Program-made: the position numbers and the translations under genes
Shown: positions 57,620 through 64,000 of the stretch, in pieces
Layout of the letters: every line of letters starts with the position of its first letter
Numbering within the stretch: position 1 is the stretch's first letter
The notes under the pieces: generated by a model
Database searches by the model: none
Told to the model about the DNA's origin: nothing
The model's input: only the letters and a program-made list of their open reading frames with translations
Assembly (NCBI GenBank): GCA_043826455.1
Contig: JBDRQD010000066.1
Coordinates: 1 to 64,000, forward strand
Length of the DNA: 64,000 nucleotides
DNA from: Candidatus Bathyarchaeota archaeon
Lineage (GTDB): Archaea > Thermoproteota > Bathyarchaeia > TCS64
Direction of reading: 5' to 3'

Positions 57620-58166
57620 GTTCCTTCAGCCTCGTAAGTACCCTGTCGAGGCGCCGTTCAAGCTCATCGATGCCGTTCTCGTTGGTGATTATGTAGTTGC
57701 TCATGGCTATGGCTTCTCCCATGCCGAAGCTCAGCTCCCTGTGGTCCCTCTCTCTGAACACCTGCCTGTTAGGGGGGTCGTCGCTGCGGCCCCTGCTCCT
57801 CAGTCTCCTGTACCTGGTCTCGGGGGACGCGTGGACGGCCACCATGTATATCCTGAAGGCTTCCTCGAAGGCGTAGACCTCGTCCAGGCTCCTCACCCCG
57901 TCCAGGGCCACATTGTCGTTGGGCTCACCTATGATGAGGGGGATGCACTTCTTGGCCACCGCCTCGTCTCCCCCCGTCTCCCTTATCTCCTGGGCCATCC
58001 TGCCCAGGTTCTCGGGGGTGGGCGGGAGGTTCCTCATGCGGACCTCGTGCCTGATGACGTCCCCCATGGTGAGCACAGTGTACCCCTTGTCCCGGAGAAG
58101 GTTGGCGAGGGTGGTCTTGCCCGAGCCGGCCATCCCTGTGATGAGGAGAAGCTTCCTCTTAGCCAT
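57600..58166 (-). CDS. UPF0200 nucleotide kinase (archaeal dephospho-CoA kinase-like)
   Basis: GMAGSGKT, MGDVIR, DGVRS, RGRSDD, ERDHREL. Confidence 0.85.
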   Translation of the reverse strand: MAKRKLLLITGMAGSGKTTLANLLRDKGYTVLTMGDVIRHEVRMRNLPPTPENLGRMAQEIRETGGDEAVAKKCIPLIIGEPNDNVALDGVRSLDEVYAFEEAFRIYMVAVHASPETRYRRLRSRGRSDDPPNRQVFRERDHRELSFGMGEAIAMSNYIITNENGIDELERRLDRVLTRLKELDDHMD

Positions 58167-58924
58167 CAGGCAACCCGCTCCAGGCCCTCAAACCGTGTCT
58201 TTATGTAGACGGGGCTGAGGCCTGCTTTGTGTGCTGCCTGCGCCAGGGTCAACATGTGGTCCTTTGTGGGTCGGTCCCTGTTTTTAAACTCTGGGGATAG
58301 GATGTCCCCCTCGTTGTCGAACTGCTGGAGGTAGTAGACGGTTACGCGGCCCACGATGTCCTCGGCTAGACGGGTTATGAACCCCGCGTCGTCGCTCAGG
58401 GCGGGGGCGACGGTGGTCCTGGCCTCCACCTCTATACCCAGCTCCAGGCAAAGGTCTAGGACGGCGTCCACTGAGGCCGCCAGGCTTGCGCCGGCCTCAG
58501 GCACCCCAGACACCCTGCCGTATTCTTCCGCTTCCAGGGGGGCCTTCACATCCAGGGCCACCCGGTCCACCAGTCCGGACTCCAGGACCTTCCTGGCCGA
58601 GTCGAACAGCGTGCCGTTGGTGTCCAGCATGACCTTCAGGCCGTGCCTCTTCACAAGCCTTGCGGCCTCGATGACTGCATCGGGCTGCAGCAGGGGCTCT
58701 CCCCCCGTGAACACCACTGCGTCAAGCTGGGGCACCGGCTCTTGGCCCATCCTGAGCCTCTCCTCCAAGTAGCTCATGAGCACCATCTGACCCGAGTCCA
58801 TGGGCAGCAGTGAAGCGTTCTGGCAGTAGGGGCACCTGATGTTGCAGCCGGCGAAGAAGACCACCAGGCTCACGTTGCCGTACCAATCCACGGTGCTCAT
58901 ATCCGTGATCCCACCTATCCTCAT
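58166..58924 (-). CDS. Radical SAM activase, NrdG/PflA-like
   Basis: GCNIRCPYCQN, TGGEP, DTNG, DVKAP. Confidence 0.88.
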   Translation of the reverse strand: MRIGGITDMSTVDWYGNVSLVVFFAGCNIRCPYCQNASLLPMDSGQMVLMSYLEERLRMGQEPVPQLDAVVFTGGEPLLQPDAVIEAARLVKRHGLKVMLDTNGTLFDSARKVLESGLVDRVALDVKAPLEAEEYGRVSGVPEAGASLAASVDAVLDLCLELGIEVEARTTVAPALSDDAGFITRLAEDIVGRVTVYYLQQFDNEGDILSPEFKNRDRPTKDHMLTLAQAAHKAGLSPVYIKTRFEGLERVA

Positions 58925-58982
58925 GGCCCCAGCACCGGTCAAGATCAGTCACCCTTTCAACGCGGCAGACTAATTTTAGGGT

Positions 58983-59864
58983 TTAGGCTAGAGCCCCCAG
59001 GATGTACACGCCCACGAATATGATGAAGCTGCTGGCCACACGTATCCTACCGTACCTCTCCCCCAGAAGGGCTACCCCCATGAGGGCCCCTAGGACGACG
59101 CTCACCTGCCTCAGCGCCAGGATGTAGCTCACCTGGGCCAGGCTCAGGGCTACCAGCACCAGGATGTAGCCACCCTTCATGAGGAAACCTGCAGTGGACA
59201 CCCTCACCAGTCTCCCCTCCGACTCAGCCAATACCGCCTTGAGGCCCCGCCGGTACAGAGTTACAGCCGCCAGGCTGCCGGTGATGAAGAAGCCAAGCCA
59301 GAAGGAGTATCTGATGGGGTCAACAGCCGTCACCCCCAGCTTGTCCGATATGGAGTAAATCGTGGTCCCCAGCGCGGCCACCAGGGCGTACACAGAGGAG
59401 GGCTCACGGAGGCCTCTGATGGGCTGAGCCAGGTCGCGGACGCTCAGACCCTTCAAGTGGAGGGTGTAGACGCCCAGGAAGATCACCAGGATGCCCACCA
59501 GGCCCCACGCTGTGATCTCCTCGCCGAGGAAGACGGCGGCCACCAGAGCCACGAAGACGGGGCTGCTCCTCGCCACAGGGTAGACGACGCTGAGGTCCCC
59601 CTCCTCGTAGGCCTTACCCAGGCCTAGGAAGTAGGCGGTCTCCGCCACAGCGCTAACAGCCAGGAAGGGTACGGCCTCTAGGGGCAGGCTCCAGTCGGGG
59701 AGGATGAAGGCGAACACCGGGATGAACATTATCAAGGCCGCCACGTTGAGGAGCAGCATGAAGGACTCCTTGTCCCCGCCCTCCTTGGCCAAGTAGTTCC
59801 AGAGGGCGTGGCTCACAGCCGAGACCATCACCAGGGTGAAGGGGAGGACATCCATGAGGGGCAC
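58983..59864 (-). CDS. EamA/DMT transporter
   Basis: HALWN, GDLSVVYPVAR, ALRQVSV; about 10 TM. Confidence 0.92.
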   Translation of the reverse strand: MPLMDVLPFTLVMVSAVSHALWNYLAKEGGDKESFMLLLNVAALIMFIPVFAFILPDWSLPLEAVPFLAVSAVAETAYFLGLGKAYEEGDLSVVYPVARSSPVFVALVAAVFLGEEITAWGLVGILVIFLGVYTLHLKGLSVRDLAQPIRGLREPSSVYALVAALGTTIYSISDKLGVTAVDPIRYSFWLGFFITGSLAAVTLYRRGLKAVLAESEGRLVRVSTAGFLMKGGYILVLVALSLAQVSYILALRQVSVVLGALMGVALLGERYGRIRVASSFIIFVGVYILGALA

Positions 59865-60779
59865 CTATTGTTCAACGTACACGGGGTTTGTCCAAGCCCT
59901 GCCCCCGTACTCGTCCGTCACCTGGACCCTGACGTAGTGCTCACCAGGCCCCGGCGTATACGAGGCCTCAGTGAGGCCGCCATCCTCCGCCTTATAGCAG
60001 ACGCCTAGGCACGGCACGGTGACGAAGGCTATCTTCCTTGAGGGGCTGCAGCGGACCCGTATCTCGCCTCCGGCTACTTCGACGCTGTGGATGGTTGGGC
60101 CGCTGCTGCTGTAGTAGCTGCCTCGCCTCAACGCGTCCAGGATGCTCTTCTCTGAGTTGTCGGCCGCCTTCACATTCACCCAGCCCCCGAAGGAGTCGTC
60201 CGGAAGGTTCTCGCGCTCCCTACTATGGGCGTCGTCCACGGCCACACCGTTCACAGTGCGCCTCAGGGTTAGCAGGTGATCCCAGTGGGTGAGGCCGTCT
60301 CCCCTGTCGTTCAGGAGCTCGCATACGTGGTTGTAGGCCTCGACAGCCGTAAGGCCGCTAAGGGACGCCGCCTCACCGTGGGTCAGCCCCGACCAGTAAG
60401 GGTGAGCCAGTATGGCTGCGCCTCCAACACTGTTCACGTAGTCCACTACCCGCTGGGGGCTCAGGGTAGGGTCAGCCTCCTTGAAGGGCAGCTGGCCGCT
60501 GATGCCTAGGGCCACTATGTGGTAGAAGGTGCTGGCCCCGCTTTGGCCCACGCTCAGCTCCTCCCCCTGGACCATGGTGAAGCCCCCGCCGCTCAGGTCT
60601 CTGGTGTCCACGTACCTGCCGTGATCGGTGACGGCCAGGAACCCGTACCCGGCGCCCCTGTACCGATCCGCGTGCTCCTCGGGCGTCAGCCTGCCATCGC
60701 TGTGGACGGTGTGGGTGTGGAGGTTGCCTTTGAGCCAGACGCCCGGCCCATGGAAGGGGTCAGCGTACCTGAGATTCAT
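59865..60779 (-). CDS. PHP-domain metallohydrolase (CehA/McbA-like)
   Basis: KGNLHTHT..SDG, TDH, AHP, DDAH. Confidence 0.88.
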   Translation of the reverse strand: MNLRYADPFHGPGVWLKGNLHTHTVHSDGRLTPEEHADRYRGAGYGFLAVTDHGRYVDTRDLSGGGFTMVQGEELSVGQSGASTFYHIVALGISGQLPFKEADPTLSPQRVVDYVNSVGGAAILAHPYWSGLTHGEAASLSGLTAVEAYNHVCELLNDRGDGLTHWDHLLTLRRTVNGVAVDDAHSRERENLPDDSFGGWVNVKAADNSEKSILDALRRGSYYSSSGPTIHSVEVAGGEIRVRCSPSRKIAFVTVPCLGVCYKAEDGGLTEASYTPGPGEHYVRVQVTDEYGGRAWTNPVYVEQ

Positions 60780-60861
60780 GGTATCATGGTGTACCCTTCA
60801 ACCGTTTATCGGTTGCCTTCATGGTAACATTAAATGGTGGCGAGCCCCATTCCATACGGCA

Positions 60862-61422
60862 ATGAGTGTCAGATGCTTCGTGGCTGTGGACTGCGACGAC
60901 GAGCAGGTGCTCAAAGGCTTCAGGGAGGGGGGGGCCCGCCTGAATGCCACCGGCGCCGACCTGAAGCTCGTGGATACCGAGAACGTGCACCTCACCCTCA
61001 AGTTCCTTGGGGAGATACCTGAGGCCAGAGCCAGGGAGGTGGTGGAGGCGGTCAAGGAGATACACTTCCAGCCCTTCAGCTTCAAGGTAGAGGAGGTGGG
61101 CGTCTTCCCCAGCACCAGCCGCCCCAACGTGGTGTGGGCAGGGATAACGGACGGGGTCACGGAGCTGGCCGATGTCTTCGAGGGCCTGGACACGAGGCTG
61201 AGCCGGCTGGGCTTCGAGCGCGAGCGGAGGCGGTTCAGCCCCCACCTCACCATATGCAGGGTGCGGAGCAGCAGGAACAGGGCTCAGCTAGTGGCTGAGC
61301 TCGCGGAGCTCCAGGACATGGTTTTCGGCTCCGTAAAGGTAGATAGGATTACATTGAAGAAGAGTGTGCTGACGCGGCAGGGACCCATATACTCTACCCT
61401 GGCCGAGTCAAGGGTGGAGTAG
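60862..61422 (+). CDS. thpR: RNA 2',3'-cyclic phosphodiesterase (2H family)
   Basis: HLTLKFLG and FSPHLTI motifs. Confidence 0.94.
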   Translation: MSVRCFVAVDCDDEQVLKGFREGGARLNATGADLKLVDTENVHLTLKFLGEIPEARAREVVEAVKEIHFQPFSFKVEEVGVFPSTSRPNVVWAGITDGVTELADVFEGLDTRLSRLGFERERRRFSPHLTICRVRSSRNRAQLVAELAELQDMVFGSVKVDRITLKKSVLTRQGPIYSTLAESRVE

Positions 61423-62826
61423 GTGCGCGCGTTGGATTGGGTTAAGCTCAGAGAGAAAGTACTCGGCATGGTCAAGCCAGGTAAAGGCGAGGAGGAGAGC
61501 ATCAGAGTCTTCTCTGAAGGGCTCATAAGTAGAGTCAACGTCCTCCTCTTGGAGTCCGGGTTAGAGGCAGTGGCAGAGCTCCACGGCAGCGTGGCCCACG
61601 GCACCTGGGTCAGCGGCGACACGGACCTCGACATCTTCATCGTGATGAGCCCCAAGTATGGCAGAGGCGACCTGGAGAAGATACTGGGCGTACTCAAGGG
61701 GGGCCTGGACGGCGACTACGTAGAGGCCTACGCCGAGCACCCGTACCTGAGGGCCAGGCTGGACGGCTACAACGTGGACTTTGTGCCATGCTTCAGGGTG
61801 GACCCGACCGTTGGGATACTGTCCAGCACAGACCGCACCCCCCACCACACAAGATACCTGGAGGGTGTACTGGACGACGGGCTCAGGGACGAGATCAGGC
61901 TCCTCAAACAGTTCACCCGGGGCGTGGGAGTCTACGGGGCAGAGATCAGGGTCGGCGGCTTCAGCGGCTACCTCTGCGAGCTCCTAGTACTGGGGCACGG
62001 CTCCTTTACTGGGCTCCTGAAGACCGCAGCAGGTTGGAACAAGGGGACAGTCGTACAGGTGATCACAGGGCTCGACGACCACGAGCTCCGCGGAAGGTTC
62101 ACCGAGCCACTCATAGTAGTGGACCCCGTGGACCCGGGCCGCAACGTGGCGTCTGCCGTTACACCAGACACCTTCTGGAGATTCGTGGCGGCGGCGAAGG
62201 CGTTCACCGAGAAGCCATGTGAGAGGTTCTTCTGGGGCCCGGACGTGAAGCCGACGAAGATGGATATGCTTGGGCTGCTTGACGGCTCATCGGACGTCGT
62301 CTTCCTCGTGGTGGACGAGAGCCAGGCCGAGGTGGCTGACAGCCTCTGGGGGCAGATCCACAAGTCCAGGGAGGCCCTGGCAAGGCAGCTAGAAGCCAGT
62401 GACTTCAAGGTTCTGGGGTCCACTGCGTGGAGCGACGAGGAGTGGCGCCATGTCTTCGTGTTCAGGCTGGAGTCTGAGAACATTCCGCCGGTAGCTAAGC
62501 ACTGGGGGCCCCCTGTGAGCTTGGGTAAGGACTCGGAGAGGTTCATCCAGGCTCACAAGGATGTGCCTGGGACGGTCTCAGGCCCAGGCACCGAGGCCGG
62601 CAGGTGGTACGTGCTCTCCAGGAGGGAGTATACCTCCGCTACTGCACTCTTGTCCCGTTTGCTGGAGGACGGCGGCAGAAACGTCGGCGTGAGCCGCAAC
62701 CTGTCCATAAGGGTGCTTCAACACCACAGGCTGCTGGTCAACGGGGAGATAGAGCCCTACCTGGAGGGGGGCCTCGTGGACCACCTCTACTGGTTCCTCA
62801 AGGGAAGGCCGCACTGGCTTGACTGA
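61423..62826 (+). CDS. cca: Archaeal CCA-adding enzyme
   Basis: GS...DTDLD, YAEHPY, DRTPHH, GGFSGYLCELL, DPVD..RN. Confidence 0.96.
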   Translation: MRALDWVKLREKVLGMVKPGKGEEESIRVFSEGLISRVNVLLLESGLEAVAELHGSVAHGTWVSGDTDLDIFIVMSPKYGRGDLEKILGVLKGGLDGDYVEAYAEHPYLRARLDGYNVDFVPCFRVDPTVGILSSTDRTPHHTRYLEGVLDDGLRDEIRLLKQFTRGVGVYGAEIRVGGFSGYLCELLVLGHGSFTGLLKTAAGWNKGTVVQVITGLDDHELRGRFTEPLIVVDPVDPGRNVASAVTPDTFWRFVAAAKAFTEKPCERFFWGPDVKPTKMDMLGLLDGSSDVVFLVVDESQAEVADSLWGQIHKSREALARQLEASDFKVLGSTAWSDEEWRHVFVFRLESENIPPVAKHWGPPVSLGKDSERFIQAHKDVPGTVSGPGTEAGRWYVLSRREYTSATALLSRLLEDGGRNVGVSRNLSIRVLQHHRLLVNGEIEPYLEGGLVDHLYWFLKGRPHWLD

Positions 62827-63571
62827 GTACGTTTCCCTCGACGAGCTCACCGGCACCAAGGCTGGGACGTTCATCTGCTGGCCCGTGTACAGCGAGGAGG
62901 GGGCCGAGGACAGGCTCAGGCAGCTCCGGGGGCTCGGGGTAGAAGCCGTGGCCTTGGGTGGCCGCCACGGTATTCTAGGCCACATGGTTCTGGGTAAGGG
63001 CCATGTGGGGGTAGTGCTGAGGGCGCTTTGGAGGGGCCTTGAGGTGGCGCTCAAGACCCGGAGAACAGACGCGGATAGGCCGTCCATGATGGAGGAGGCC
63101 GAGCACCTCAGGCAGGCTAACGAAGCTGGAGTCGGGCCCAGGCTGTACTGCTTCTCCAGAGACTTTATCGTCATGGAGCTGGTGGAGGGTCCGTACTTCG
63201 GGGAGTGGGCTAAGGCCTATGACGGCGAGGCTGAGAGGTTCATATCCGTGGTCTTGGATATACTGCGCCAGGTGAGGAACCTGGACGAGGCTGGCCTGGA
63301 CCACGGCGAGCTCACAAGGGTCCGACGCCACTTCATAGTATCGGGGCGGGGTCCCGTAATCATCGATTTCGAGTCCGCTAGCACGGGGCGGCGGGTGCAG
63401 AACGTCACCGCCACCGTCCAGAGCATGTTTATAAACAGGAGGTTCAGCCCCGTGATTCACGGGTGGTTCCCCGGAGTGAACAGGGACCAGCTTCTAGTGG
63501 CACTGAGGCAGTACAAGGCTGAGCTCAGCGATGAGAGTTATGGATTTGTGTTGGACGCTCTCGGCCTCTGA
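62819..63571 (+). CDS. RIO/Bud32-like Ser/Thr kinase
   Basis: LGKG, ALK, DHGEL, IIDFESA. Confidence 0.85.
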   Translation: MTEYVSLDELTGTKAGTFICWPVYSEEGAEDRLRQLRGLGVEAVALGGRHGILGHMVLGKGHVGVVLRALWRGLEVALKTRRTDADRPSMMEEAEHLRQANEAGVGPRLYCFSRDFIVMELVEGPYFGEWAKAYDGEAERFISVVLDILRQVRNLDEAGLDHGELTRVRRHFIVSGRGPVIIDFESASTGRRVQNVTATVQSMFINRRFSPVIHGWFPGVNRDQLLVALRQYKAELSDESYGFVLDALGL

Positions 63572-63632
63572 TCTCACCCGCGGGAGAGGACAAGGTTTAA
63601 ACTGTGGATGCCCTTTTTATGGTACTCGCGCT

Positions 63633-63709
63633 GGGACCGTGGTCTAGCTTGGTAAGATTCGCGCCTGGGGCGTGCGAGTTCGTGAGTTCAATTCTCACCG
63701 GTCCCACCA
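63633..63709 (+). tRNA. tRNA-Pro(GGG)
   Basis: GGGACCG/CGGTCCC acceptor, CGCGC-CTGGGGC-GTGCG anticodon arm, encoded CCA; TTTAA upstream. Confidence 0.92.
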
Positions 63710-63758
63710 ATCAATCCACTTATCCACTAAGATAAGGAAGCTTCAAGCAGCACATGAA

Positions 63759-64000
63759 TCATGAGCCGTACGGCTTCTTGAGCCACTGGAGTATCTCAAG
63801 AAGGTAACCCTCAGGGTCTCTGAAGAGCATGGTCCTCATCTCAAGATACGGCTGCCTCATGGGCGGCTGCTCCACCTCGACACCATTCTCCAACAGGCGC
63901 CTGTACCATCCATCTATGTCGTCACTGAACCAACTCAGCATAACCGGTTTATCATCAGCGTGTCTCAGGTACCCGGCGTGCCCATCCACGAGACCGACGT
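63759..64000 (-). CDS. VOC/glyoxalase family protein (5' end beyond window)
   Basis: DDID...FRDPEGYLLEI. Confidence 0.8.
   Translation of the reverse strand, partial: VGLVDGHAGYLRHADDKPVMLSWFSDDIDGWYRRLLENGVEVEQPPMRQPYLEMRTMLFRDPEGYLLEILQWLKKPYGS

Overview
This is a 64 kb, mostly GC-rich, gene-dense stretch of an archaeal chromosome. Archaeal markers include TBP, a TFE-beta/RPC34-like gene, a proteasome-exosome superoperon, an archaeal CCA enzyme and an archaellin. The gene set suggests an anaerobic TACK lineage such as Bathyarchaeia, but that is inference. The first ~1 kb is visibly AT-rich and sits at the 3' end of tRNA-Ser(GCT), so it is probably an island edge. The window holds three tRNAs (Ser-GCT, Asp-GTC, Pro-GGG), a thiamine salvage cluster (thiW, an unknown P-loop protein, thiDN, tenA, thiT), leuA/C/D-family genes, peptidases and amidohydrolases, a glutaredoxin/FTR pair, nfnAB, gdhA, and a [NiFe]-hydrogenase operon with two HdrA-MvhD fusions and no hdrBC. 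The best finding is two 86-nt TPP riboswitch aptamers (81/86 identical) in an archaeon. Both appear to start at the transcription start site, lack a P1 stem, and carry the Shine-Dalgarno sequence inside the aptamer. Other leads: a candidate non-orthologous thiazole kinase, a complementarily degenerate HdrA pair, a membrane hydrolase fused to a HerA/MAD8-like ATPase, a dispersed palindromic intergenic repeat, a degenerate copy of the tRNA-Asp 3' end, and two small ORFs absent from the ORF track. I saw no rRNA, CRISPR array, transposase or integrase. All family calls come from motif recognition by eye, not database searches.
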